Counted from the stretch's first letter, positions 38,721-50,935 are shown. The stretch: DNA of 64,000 nucleotides from Felis catus (GCF_018350175.1 NC_058383.1:21578001-21642000); one strand, 5' to 3'. Notes: a model not told the origin generated them from the sequence alone. Made by a program: numbers and translations.

Positions 38721-41114
38721 GGAGTGGATGCTCTTGGAGGTGGGGACAGATTAGCACAGACAAAAATGAGGTCAATCCTTCCCAGAAGTCACCACCCACT
38801 GGACACATACACTTGAAACAGTTCTAGTTTTGCTGAGCACTGGTTTCCTACCTACCCTGTGTCCAGATACTCACCAATCGTTCCGGCCCAGCGTCCACAT
38901 GCTTTCTATTAGGAGACGGTCTCACTCTGGGATGCATTAGTCAGGGTATTACAGAAAAAGAATGAAAACAATAGAATTGTGTATATATATCGAGAGAAAG
39001 AGTATTTTTTAACTTTTTAAAAATATTTATCTATTTATGTTGAGAGAGAGGGAGAGAGGGAGCATGAGTGGGAGAGGTGCAGAGAGAGAGAGAATCCCTA
39101 GCAGGCTCTGTGCATGACAGGGCTCATGACCTGAGCCCAAATCAAGAGTTGGACGCTTGGGGCGCCTGGGTGGCTGAGTCAGTTAAGCGTCCCACCTCTG
39201 CTCAGGTGGTGATCTCACGGTCCGTGAGTTCAAGCCCCGCATCAGGCTCTGTGCTGACACCTCGGAGTCTGGAGCCTGCTTCGGATTCTGTGTCTCCCTC
39301 TCTCTCTGCCCCTCCCCTGCTCACTGTGTCTATCCCTCTCAAAGGTAAATAAACATTAAAATAGAAAATAAGTTGGTTTTAAAAACTACAAAGTCAGTGG
39401 AGACTCAAGGTGGTTCAGTGATGTGGTAATGTAACAGGGGGTCTGAGTTGAATTCAGCCTACAGACTGTTCAAGACCCAGGGGTATTTAAAGCTTGTCTT
39501 TTTTTTTTTTTTTTTTTGTCTTTCTCTGTGAGTTGGTTGGACCGCGGTACAGCCTCCCTCACTATCCGAAGCTGGGCCCTCATCTACCAGCAGGTCTGGG
39601 TGCTCCCCTACCTAGTAGGTCAACAGCCAGCCAGGACAGGGGCATCCCCAAGGCTTGGACCGGGCTCCCGGACTAGGGGAATCACTCTCTTGCCCCTTTG
39701 CTGGAGCTCAGTCTCTGCCACCCAAGCCGAGCTCCTGGGGGCCTCACCATGGCTTACCTTTTGCAAGCATCAGAGCAGGGCAACTGGCTTTTTAAAACAC
39801 TATCTGTGGATGAAAACAGCGACAGTGCAGAATGCAACACTCACATGTTTTTTTGACCCGAAGATGCAGAGCTTAAACCTGTGCACCCCAATCCCGAGGA
39901 GATGCACTTCTCCGCCCTCTGCTTAACTTTGGGGGTGTGTTGGTGGGGGGTTTGAGGGTTGCTGCGCTATGCTTTGTTTCCTGTTCCAGGGCCACATTGG
40001 GGTGCTCTGAATGAAGGTCAAGTGAGACAACGTGTGCAAAGCACTGGGCATGCGGAGGACCCGTGAGTTACCATCACCCTTGTTCCCCCTTCCCCATGAC
40101 CTTGCAAATGTCTGCTCGGAGGAGGGCCTGCCAGGGCCAGAGGCCAGGTCTCCGGAAGGGGCTCCCAAGGCTCGCTAGGGTTGCGATTCCGGCTCCTGTC
40201 CTGCGACCCCGCCGCCCGCGCCTGAATTTAAGGGCTCCACAGGAGAAGAGCGAAACTCTGGGGAAGAGGGAGGACGGCACAGAGCCAGTGCTTCGGGAAG
40301 TGGTGTCTCAGCCCAGCGGTGAGCCAGCTTGCTGGGTGCGACTTCCGTTTGTCCTTGATCCGAACATCCGCCCCCTTCACCCCAATCCCCTATCTTCACA
40401 CTGTTCCCTCCATTCCCTTTAACCTGAATTTGACCCCACCTTGTCAAGAACTTCACCCCGACCTTCCCTGGTACAACCAGTTTAACAGAGAGGCACCACT
40501 GCAATTTTTGGTCCTCGAAGGTCAATGGGCAACAGCGGTTACGCCTTCTAGTATTTACTTAGCACCGACCACGTGACTGAGCACGTGGCTTCCACAGGCG
40601 AGCCCGAGCTCACACGGTGGCCTGGCCCAGAGCCTCGGGATGACGACCAGGGAGGGGATGACGATTTTGTAGCAAGCGGCAATGGCAGGGGGAGGGGCGG
40701 AGGTGAGGCGAGCTCAGCAGGACCGTCCTCGAGGGTAGGTAGGGTGGGAGTCGTTGGGCAGGCCCGCTTGGGGACAGCAGCACCAAAGCAGCAAAGCAGA
40801 GCAGCTCAGGACGTCCAGGGCCCGGCACGCGTCCAGGGGCACGGGAGCCACGCGACTGTGGCGAGCGGTCCTTAGGAACGCCCGACGGGAACGGTAAAGC
40901 ATTTAGGCCGCCTCCCGCAGGCAGGGGGCGACTCGAGGCCGTGGGGCCAGCACGAGGCCCGGGGACACATCGAGGTCGGGCCCGGACTGAGGCCCGAGGG
41001 CCTGAGGAGCGTTGCGGAAGACTGAGGAACACGGTCGCTCGGGAAGCGGGAGTTGTAGTAACGGAAGGACGGGCCAAAACTCAAGACCACTTTTTCATTT
41101 TTTAAATCAAACAC

Positions 41115-41120
41115 TTTATT
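41115..41120 (-). terminator. TNRC6A: Distal polyadenylation signal AATAAA
   Basis: tttatt on +; GU/U-rich element downstream (GTGGTCTTGAGTTTTGG) and an abrupt switch to GC-rich sequence. Confidence 0.85.
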
Positions 41121-41879
41121 TTCCACATAACAAGCGCAAAAAACTCCCAAACACTTTAACAATACAATTAACGCAGTTATGAATTCAATTATAGGTACTA
41201 CTCAGAGCCCCAAAAGGTCAATCAGCTTAACGTTCCAAACATTTCCAAACGTGGTTTTTCAAAGCTACCTTTGGTTTTTGGAAAAACCAGTATGGAAGTC
41301 AATATACACTGAATGCACTGAACATTCGCTCAGAGGAAGGGGTCCAGTGGCAGCTCACACCCGGCAAGCTGGAGCGCGATTTGGAGTCCTCCACGGAAAT
41401 ACACGCGCAGGTTTGCCCCCGAGCTCCCGCGGCCGGGACAGAGGGCCGTGAAGGGGGGAGAAAAAGGCCAGTCCAGGTTGTGGCGTTTCTCGTTTTGTAA
41501 CAGAGGTATGAGTTTGACACTAGAACACTGTCAAGTCATTAAGCTTCATGTTCCAAACGGTCTCTTGCTGAGGCTTGAGGTGGGCACAAATGGTGGGGAA
41601 GATGAAGTCACAGAAGAGCTTTGAGCAACCAGATCCCAAAGATGCTCAAAGAGGGTAGGGAGGAGCAAGCTACAGTTTCCCATTGTTCTCACATTATTTC
41701 AGGGTGAAATTGTGGAGAAGTTCGGATAGAATGTTCAAATATTTGCTTAGATTTTTTACTCGGTTGCTCTATGAGGACCCTCATACACAGCAACGTTGAA
41801 ACGTTCATTGTAAAAAAAGAGCGTACAAATAAATTCACAAAAAAGAGACAATTAATGTTGAGCAGCCAAAAAGTCATGG

Positions 41880-41885
41880 TTTATT
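41880..41885 (-). terminator. TNRC6A: Proximal polyadenylation signal AATAAA
   Basis: tttatt on +; UGUA motifs upstream, TTGTCTCTTTTTTGTG downstream. Confidence 0.7.
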
Positions 41886-43622
41886 ATATTGGGAGGGATT
41901 TCATAATTCAAACACAACCAAACTGTACATTTTACAATCACATTCTATTTGTAAACAGTTAAAAGCCACTGACTTCTTTTGCATCTTAGGACACAAACAG
42001 TTAGCATCAAGGCAATGAAATGATGGCAAATTCTGCGCTGTTAAAATGTTTACCCTCGTTTGGCCCGTCTTCTTTGACTAAGCAAGCATTATAATACCAT
42101 TTGTGGGCAAAAAAGGGGGGGGGGGGCGAGGAGAGAAAGGAAGTTTAAAAACGGTGTAACTCGTTAGTTTGCAACAACATTTAAAATCTTTATACAACGA
42201 ACAATTCTGTGAGCCCAATACCGTGGCTACAGTATGCATAGTTACTGATTTCGGCTTTAAGGTACAACAGTTCAACATTAACACAGTCACAAGAGAGCAG
42301 AAACAGAGAGCCACTTGATGGGATTACAAAAATTATTATCACCTATCGATTATTAGCAAACCATCATCACTCACTAATAAAAAGACAGCATCTGAAAGCA
42401 GAATGTCGACTCCAGCTTCAAGCGTTTTTTTTTTGTTTTTTCTTCTTTTTTATTTTTTTTTATTTTTGGCAGAGAAAATTCTTGAACAGAGCAATGTGTA
42501 GTATCAGTGCTAAAAGTCGGGGTTTTCTTTTTTTCCTATAAGAAACTACAAGGAGGTTTTTTTTTTTTTTTTAACTTTTTATTTTTTTATTTTTTCCTAA
42601 CTGGGGAACTGGTTTTCCTGAGAACCATGCTCTTCGATTTAGGACAGGAATAGAAAAACAAAAGGACATGGCCAAATGCTGCTCCTTTTTCCCAGAGATA
42701 GAAAGCATCTTGTAAATCATCCTCCATTTTTTTTTTTTTGTCTTTTACATTTTTTTTAAATGATGGAAGAGTAAACATTTTTTTTTTCTCAAAAAACAAA
42801 CAAAAAAATCTGTAAACAAGAAGGTTCAACGTGGGAACCTTCAAAACAAAATGGAAAGCCTATTCAAAGTGCAGGGCCCGTCCTGGGTGGCAGGGGGGGC
42901 TGCAAGTCACAGCTGTGGCCACAGTTTTTCAAACTGCAGAGCGAAATTCTTTAGTTTTAGAACATGAAAACACTGGTGCAATACTTTCATTATAGTCCTA
43001 AGTCAGCATCAGAACTCGATGTTTTAAACTCCACAACACCACAATAAGGTAGGCAAACATCAAGGCATAGTAGAGAGCGCACACCTTTTAAGAACATCCT
43101 TGAGTAAACATTTACACTGGAACAGCTGCCCCCCCATATTGCCGATGAGACGGAGAGAACATCATTCAGTGCAAAGTTAAAAGCTCATACATTATCAGCC
43201 CAAAAAAATGGTTTTGCCAAAAAAAAAAAAAAAAAAGGAAAAGAAAAAAAAGAAAAGGGGGGGGAAGAAAATGAAAATGGGGTAAGGGACGGGGAGGGAA
43301 ACAAGGAAGGCAAAAAACAAAAAAACAAAAAGAAACCAAACCCAAAGGCTAAACATGATGACTATACACGTGAGCTCATTCTATACGGTTTAGCATGTAT
43401 GGCGCTATTTGGGAGTGTAAATAGATAGATACCTTTTCACATTATAATATTGGCCTGCATGATTCAAGTATTCAAACTGATATGTTTCAGGGAAAACAAA
43501 GTGGAAAATGTGCAGAGAATAGCTGTTCCCACAGGTGGCCCCTGGCTGCAGGCGGCGAGCCCAACTTAGTGCTCCTTTCTTTCGCGTCTTGAGGTCACAG
43601 TTCGTGAGTCTGCGTCTACGCG

Positions 43623-43998
43623 CTACATGGACTCTCCACCCCCACCCAGGTGGTCAACAGAAAGAAAAGCATTAATGGGGGACGGGCTGCTCATTCCCCG
43701 GGGGTCGCTGCTGCTGGGAGGCCCCCACAGGCTTGTGGAATAATGGGGGGCCCCCCAGAGTGAAGTGCCGTGAAGGTCTCCACAGCTCGTTCCCGACAGC
43801 CCAGCACCATTCCAGTGATTGAGATCGGTCCGGCTGGAGAACGAGTGCGAACAGTCGAGGGAGCCCAGCCGGCTCTGGCTGGACCCGAGAGACTGCCAGC
43901 CGGGAGAAGGGGTCAGAGACTGACTTTGTGCAAAGAAACGGCTGATCTCCTCTTCACTGGCAAACTCAGCAAGAATAGTAGTGTTCCCCAATACACAC
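43623..43998 (-). CDS. TNRC6A: TNRC6A last coding exon (RRM end, C-terminal W-rich region, ...HLGGGGESM*)
   Basis: 376 nt, starts phase 2, tcttccctccag acceptor, TAG at 43625-43623; [18 protein letters not shown] and LWG repeats. Confidence 0.99.
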
Positions 43999-44424
43999 CT
44001 GGAGGGAAGAGACACGGGGCGTGGTGAAAACTCAGGGTGTCGAGGGGTCTGACCCCAAGTGGGGGGAGAACTCAGCCTCTGCTCCAAGGGTCAGGGGAGG
44101 CGGGGAGGCGGCGACAGGCCGGCTGCCGGGGCGAAAGCTGCCCCGGGAGTGTGGCTGTGCCACCAAGACCAAGGCTCCGGTCTCCTACAGGCGACTGAAG
44201 AGGTCTGGGGGCCACTGTGGCGGAAGACGCTTCGCCTCCGAGTACTGACCCGGGAGCCTGAGACACGGCGAGGCTGCCGCCCTGTGAGGCGCTCTCACCG
44301 CGGGGCCCCGCACGCGGGCCCGGAGACGCCGCACAGTGTCATCGGCTGTGCCCTTGCACAGGGAACCCCAAACTCTTGCATTGTGAGGACGCTTTGCGGG
44401 CATCCTGCACCGGCCGGAACTTAC

Positions 44425-44564
44425 ATGTGCAGAGACTTCTGTGCCTTCACTACCTCTTCTTTTGAGCTGTAACGGACCAGAGCATTTCCATGTGGGAGGT
44501 TCAGGTGGAATGTTATCAGTGGGCCGTGCTGCATGCACAGAGTACGCAGAGTTGAGCCATCGAT
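44425..44564 (-). CDS. TNRC6A: TNRC6A RRM exon ([47 protein letters not shown])
   Basis: 140 nt, phase 0-2, AG/GTAAGT boundaries; read by hand, not in the ORF track. Confidence 0.99.
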
Positions 44565-45291
44565 CTAGGAGACAGTGTGGGGAGCCGCCCGTCAGACCAG
44601 CGCCATGGGGACCATCCAGGGAGGCTGTCCCCGGCTGGGACGCCGCTGTTCTCTCTCCTGCTGCCACTGGTCACTGGGGCTCACTGCTGTGATGGGGTAC
44701 AGTGCCCCCCTCCCCACCTCCACTGGTCCCAGAGCCGTACCTCTGTGGCCTCTAGACTCCTGGACACTCCCCAGATCCCCACTTCCTTAGTTAGCCATAT
44801 GCCCCTGCTGTGGCTTCGTGTCTTCTCTCTTCCCTGCCCTGAGGACAGGATTCATCAAGGCACTGCTCCCTGGGAGAGGAGGGGGTGGGCTCTTAACATC
44901 CGGCCTCCAGAGGAGGGTGGTCCGGGGACTAAGGAAATGTTCTAATCTGAGAGGGTGGACCAGGGTTTCTCGAGTGCAGGAAGGACCAGGACCACCTGCT
45001 CCAAACTGCTTCAAATGCCCTTACGAAATGCAGACCCGAGGAACCTGTACTTCGGTTGGCTCCTGGGTACATTTCACAGGGTAAAAAAAAAAAAAAAACC
45101 CAGGTCGGACCATAGCCTGCCTGAGGCATCTGAAGATCGTGCCCTGTTGTGTCCTCTGCCCGGCCTTGACATCTGCTTTGTCCCACTCACTTAGCGGGCC
45201 TGGGCAGAACCTCCTCTCAAAGCAGACTGGACCCCTTGGCTCCTGTGCCGGCTGGCGTGTGCCCAGCAGCCAGGATGCCTGGAACTCTTAC

Positions 45292-45362
45292 CTGAGGTGT
45301 AAGGTTCTTTAGAACAAGCCAATTTGTTATTCTCCCTGAGCTGCTCTCACCCCAGCTGGAAC
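45292..45362 (-). CDS. TNRC6A: TNRC6A exon ([24 protein letters not shown])
   Basis: 71 nt, phase 1-0, ttttgtccttag acceptor, GTAAGA donor. Confidence 0.98.
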
Positions 45363-45819
45363 CTAAGGACAAAAAAGGGCGAGTCAGTTTTCCAAGGCTG
45401 TGGCCTGAATGTCTTTTAGGACACACACTTCCCAGTCAAATGACAACTATTCAGGAGCATCACCTGGGCCCGTGGCGCGCATCACTTCCCTCTTACCTGC
45501 ACTCATACACGGGGCGCTCTCCCCCCAGGCTCAGAATGCCAGCTCACCCCAGCTCTGACTGGGCGTGACTTCCTGGGACATGTGGCTCTGCCTCTGGGGA
45601 GAGTGAGCTCAGACAGCCCCCAGCTCATCACTTGGCAGGCGGGTGAGGTACAACAGGTGAGATCCCTTTGCGACCTTTTCAACTGTAAAGCTAAAACTAC
45701 CTCAAAAGGGTGCTCTCTGGGAAAGGCCTCAGTTTGGGACGACCTCGGGTATCCTTCCATGACTCTGCATGCCTGTCGTACAGAGCGTGAAGCTCTAAGG
45801 GGACTTAAAAGCTTGCAAT

Positions 45820-46350
45820 CGGTATCCATCGACAGATGATGGATAAGGAAGATAAGGAAGAAGTGGTTATACACACAACGGAATATTACTTAGCCACAAA
45901 AAAGGAAGAGATGCTGGCGCGTATGGATGGCAACAACACGGATGGAGCTAGAGAGTACGATGCTTAGCGAAATACATCGGACAGAGAAAGACAAATACGT
46001 ATGATTTCTCCCATATGCAGAATTTAAAGAACAAACAAACGAACACACAAGGCAGAACCAGACCTATACGTACGGAGAACAAACCGCTGGCTGCCGCGGC
46101 AGGGGGCGGAGGTGGGCAACTTGGCGGGGGGGGGGGGGGGGGTGGTAGGCATAGGCTTCCAGCTGTGCAATGAATAAGGCACAGGAAGGAAAGGCACAGC
46201 ATCGGGGACACGCTCAGCGGCACCGGAACAGCGTATGGGGACAGACGGTCGCCACACCGGTGGCGAGCAGTGACGTGCAGGATTGCTGCATCATACGTCC
46301 TGCACCAGAAGCCACTGCAGGGCTGTGTGTCAGCTGCACTTCAGTTACAA
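45820..46350 (+). mobile_element. L1 3' fragment (L1MA/carnivore type), intronic, antisense to TNRC6A
   Basis: gacagatgatggataagg...ggaatattacttagcc...gacagagaaagacaaatac. Confidence 0.8.
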
Positions 46351-47719
46351 AGAGAAAGCTTGCAATGGCCCAGACGTTCCCGCTTCTGCCTGGGGGGGCC
46401 AGGAGCCCCGAGCCTGGCCTTCCGGCTCAGCCCCAGGGCACCTGCTCCCAGAACTAAGACGTGTTCAAGTCATTCCTACGGGTATCCAGGGTGCCTCACA
46501 GAGTGTCCAGTATGGCTCGGGAAGATGCCGCGGGACAGGGCTCCTGCCTGCTCCTTTCTCCCCCTGCATCTCTAGTGACCCCGCCCAGGAGCACTTGCGC
46601 CCCGGGCACACGCTATTCCCTCTGCTCTGCGTGGCTTATTCACCCTCAACTGCACCCACCCTCATGAGGGGGTGGGGGTCCCGGGCCACTTTCACCATCT
46701 CCCCTCCCTGGGTACTGCCACCAGCCACTTGGCCACGCCCAGCCATGCCTGGGGCCTGAAAGATCCACTCACACACCCGACACCAATGACATTCATTGGC
46801 ATTTAGCAGCTTGGAACACATTCAAGTGTTCTTTTCATGTAATTAAAACTCCACCCCCCCCCAATGTCCCCCCAAGTGAAACACTGCCAAGCTTTCTTTC
46901 AGCCAGTCACGGGTGTAAAGATCAGAAATCACTGGGAGGTTTTACTACTCTTTTCAGCCTAGAGACGGGAAGGCTGCTACAGTTCTGGGCCTGGGGGAGA
47001 ATGAAGACTGGAACTGTGTTTACCGGTAGAATCGGTACACAGCTCTGAGTTAAATCTGTGGCTGTGTGAGTGTGTGTGTCAGGGCGGGGACACAACACCC
47101 GCCCAAATCCCGTGCTAGGGGAAGGGAGGAGGGGAGGCGTGTGTGGCGGTGTCCTGGGACAGGCTGCCCTGTGCCTGCTGGCCCCACGGGCTTAAGTCAG
47201 CACCGCCTTTCACCCTCGTGTGCCCCTGCTGAAACAGCAAAGGTCAGCATCATCTGGATCACAGGCCAGGCTTCCCTGAACGGGGCCCAGTTTGCAAAGC
47301 CAGGCGGGCCGATTCCATCTTGCCCAGCCTCTACGTGTCTTTGTGACACGGCGATCCTCTGCGGGCTGCTGCGACCCGGAAGCTGTCGTACGGTTTCAGA
47401 TGCGTTCCCGAGGAACCTCTCAAAGAGAGGTGATGCCCGTTTCGTGAACCGTGCCACTGACTGTTGTGTGTGTTTGGGTGTAAGTGTTCCTAAGTAAACC
47501 AGACACAACTTAAAGTAAAATTTAAGAGTGACAAAGACATGGAAGTTGCGGAAGACGGCGATGACGGAGAACCGTGTGTTTATTCAAGGTCTAATCCTGC
47601 TCCACAGAGGGTAACACAACATATGCTACTTCGGTCTCTGTTAAACTCAACTGTTCGTGCCGGTTCTTGTTCAGCAAATAAAGCGCACGAGACCACCCTG
47701 CACATCTCCTCCATCTTAC

Positions 47720-47941
47720 CTGGGGTATACCTGGCGTCAGAATTTCCCCATCCTCCACCTACACGAAGGGGAGAGTTATCCCACGTAGACAAGGGTGGCT
47801 TCTGACCAGTCAGTCCCGGAGGTGGGCGGGACGGAGCAGTGATGTTTTTAGGTGGTAAAGGGACCTTCCACAGCTCATGAGCCAGAGAGGTGTTTGTAAC
47901 TGAACCAGGAGACCATGTCAATTTGGAATCACTATTTCTGG
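47720..47941 (-). CDS. TNRC6A: TNRC6A exon, M2 region ([13 protein letters not shown]...[11 protein letters not shown]...DARYTPG)
   Basis: 222 nt, phase 1-1, TAG acceptor, GTAAGA donor. Confidence 0.98.
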
Positions 47942-49254
47942 CTACTCACAGGGAGAAAACACAGCAGAGAGGGGGGAAGATAATACTTTTAGAAAAGAGA
48001 AAATTTAAATCATGATAGCACCCATTCTCCCACAAAAAGCAAACCAATCAAAAGACTGTCAAAAATCCCCAAACTAAACAGCCCAAAAACCACAAAAACC
48101 AAAATGAAACTGCTCCCTTGACTCAAAACAACTCAGACCATTCATCTAATATTCTTAATAATTTCAAGACTTGTGAAATTCTTAGCCCAGTGTACATTAC
48201 TGTAATCGAAACTGAAACAAAGCTAAAAACACTCTGAATTACACTAGAATAGCAACTGGGAGCACATTCCCTTCATGACCATAACTGAGCCACTCGAGAC
48301 CGCCACATGGATCATTACATAGATTTTAGAACTCTCTGGTTTACACACAGGAACAAGGACCACAACAGTAGTCAGGCGGTCTCCTCAGGGGGTCTCCACC
48401 GCAGACGTTCACTGGGGGCCTGTGTGCGCTAAGCGCCCAGCTGCTGGGCACTTGGTGTGTGCTCTCTCTCTAGTCCCGACACACATCCTACCGAGGAGCA
48501 CAGAGGTTAAGCAACTTGCCTATGGGTCCCGCACACAGCCAGGATTCAAACCTAGGCCTGTGTGGCTTAAAAAGGAAAGGGGGAAAAAAAAAAGCCAGCA
48601 AGCTCCCTTCCTGAAGCATGCAGCCTCGTGGCAATCGGGGTGTGCGGGATCAGGCACACGGTAAACTATTTCAAAATAATGCTAAAAAACCATGGGGGGT
48701 GGGGCGGGGGTGCAAGAGGATGGAGAATTTTATAACTTCTGTCACTGTCCACCATTTTTCTACTTGATTCATAACGTGCACGTCCTGTAAGTCAGCGTGA
48801 CTTTGAGTGTGGTCAGAAGACTGGTCACAACAGTTTCCTACTGGTGTGTGATAGCCGAGTACAGAAATTCAGAGTGAGTGTCTGTAAACTGACAGCAACG
48901 TGACATTGCCACAACTTGCACTTTTCCAGCAACTCCAAGTTCAGGTTTACTACACTTAATAAAATTATCAGTCTGTGAAGGATTAGAAATTACAAAAATA
49001 AAAGCTTCTTCATTGGAGAAGTGCTTTGAGAGAAAGCGCACTAACTAAGCTGGCTCTCAGACAGGACTGACAGCAGGCTGTTTTTGGAAAAGACTGCTGG
49101 GTACGGTCCATTTGAAAAAGGGATCAATGGGGTTACAAGTACTTTCCCAGGCTCAGAAATATACTCTCCTCCCTCCCCGAAAAGCCTTTAGACAAAAAGG
49201 AGAGGGACCCCCCACCCGCTCTGACGGGGCCTCGGCAAGCCCGGACGAGCCCAC

Positions 49255-49362
49255 CTGAAGTGCTTTGTGCTGTACTGCTGAGGGGAACGTTGTAGTTGGA
49301 GGCACGAATGGATGACCAGGCACTAGTTGAAGGCAGCGTGGTGTTCAAGGATGAGGATGACC
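49255..49362 (-). CDS. TNRC6A: TNRC6A exon ([36 protein letters not shown])
   Basis: 108 nt, phase 1-1, ccccacgtag acceptor, GTGGGC donor. Confidence 0.97.
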
Positions 49363-50794
49363 CTACGTGGGGGAAGAGCCCAATTAGTCATCCCCAGAGC
49401 AAGGGACGTACGTGGTGCCTGAGAAGCAGCAGAAGCACCTGGCGAGGCTGCAACGCGACAGCACGGCCCAAGAAAGGAAAGCGGACGCCGGGGTCCGGGG
49501 CCGCTGCCCGTGCCCACGACCGCACCTTCCTGTCCGCTCATCATCCTGCTGCGGCTCGGGGACGTGGCTCCCCTCCTCCGCCTGATTCTCAGCACTGTCC
49601 GTGTCACTATCCGTGACACGCTCGGGGACAGCGGGCCTCCTAGTCCCAGTCCCCGCTCCAGGAGGGCTCGATCCTCCCGCCCCCAAGCCCCGTCTCAGCT
49701 CCAGGGACTTCTTGGTACACGCCACCTGCCCAGCATCACTCGCTACTCTGGGCTGGACCGTGACCGCTCTGTCCTGGCTTCCCACTCCAGTCCCCCCTGC
49801 TCGCCGCAGCCAGCCCGCCCGCCCACCTGTGACCGCAAGTCTGGGGCTCAAAGCCTTCAATGGTGTGCTTCTTCTAACATCGAATCCAAACTCCTCTTCT
49901 GGCTATCTTGTACAAAAAGAAGCCTGTTTCTGCAAGCCACCGGATGCTTCCGTTAAGAAGCTGTGAGGCCCTACGCCTGGCTCTGTCCCACTTTCCTCTG
50001 GGAGAGCAGTGGGTCCGTCCACTATTTCTACACAGCGGCCTAAATTCAGCCATTTTACAACGAGGAGGATGCCGTCCTTACCGCTGTGATATGGCCAACA
50101 CCTGTTCACGAATGATGCATTTACTGTAAAATGCTGACTGCTTTACATTTTATTATAAGCTGGCTAGCGGAATAGGAGGATACAGGTTTCAGAAACGGAA
50201 AATGCTTCCATCTCATTCATCCTCCTCCGGGAGTGTGCACAGAACCCTGCAACTGGGCTGAAGAATAACCCTATGGTAGGTGGCGGGACAATTTCCTCTG
50301 ATACCCCACTAAAACGTGTGTCTGAGCGGGACCCTTAACTTGGCCTTAATTTTCACTTTCGGAAAAACAAGGAAAGCTCAACTGCTTCTTCCCACGAAGT
50401 CCTTTAACACCCAGACTGCATAAACAATTAACGACAGAAAATCTTTTACAAAAAGCAGCACCCGTTTCTTAACCATGTCAACACTGAAGCCACATATAAA
50501 GCAGATAAACACCTTTTAATTGTTACTACAATTACTGGAGAGCAAACGTTCGCTGGAGCTTTGTGTTAACTGATGCAGTGAATATGTTTATTTACCATAT
50601 CAGGTGCTAATAAGTCCCCATCGTTTCTAAAGTGGCAAAGAGTCACCTCTGGGAAAATGGCGAATTCTCTTTTTATGTTCACTATTCCCTTGGATGTCGG
50701 GTGCTGTGCTGTAAGTTTCACATCTGCTTTGAACCATTCTTAAACCATATCATCCAGCATCATTCAGAAATTCTGACTTGTGCCGCCTACGTAC

Positions 50795-50935
50795 CACTGT
50801 TCCTGTCCCTGAGGTGGTCAACTTCCCGCACAGTATTAATTGAAAGATTGTTTATGACACTGCCAGGAGTGACGTAAGGGTCAGTTTCAGGGTCGATGTT
50901 TGGATAACCTTTCCATGGTTCACCAGGGCGAAATT
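50795..50935 (-). CDS. TNRC6A: TNRC6A exon, 3' half of PAM2 ([27 protein letters not shown]...DRNS)
   Basis: 141 nt, phase 1-1, ttccttcccag acceptor, GTACGT donor. Confidence 0.99.

Larger units (their letters stand above)
41098..43622 (-). other. TNRC6A: TNRC6A 3'UTR (long form ~2.5 kb)
   Basis: Repeat-free AU-rich sequence between the stop codon and the distal AATAAA; many seed matches to conserved miRNA families; 3' end approximate. Confidence 0.85.

Noticed and set aside
42440..42600. Extra AATAAA hexamers in the TNRC6A 3'UTR
   Set aside because: Embedded in A-runs, so likely chance matches or internal-priming sites.
43130..43200. A miR-130-like miRNA gene on the + strand
   Set aside because: No complementary arm in the flanks to form a pre-miRNA hairpin; better read as a target site on the minus-strand mRNA.
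43999..44087. N-terminal part of the 154-aa ORF (MEQRLSS...) and similar extensions of exon-containing ORFs
   Set aside because: Intronic read-through upstream of clear acceptors; the spliced frame is already consistent.
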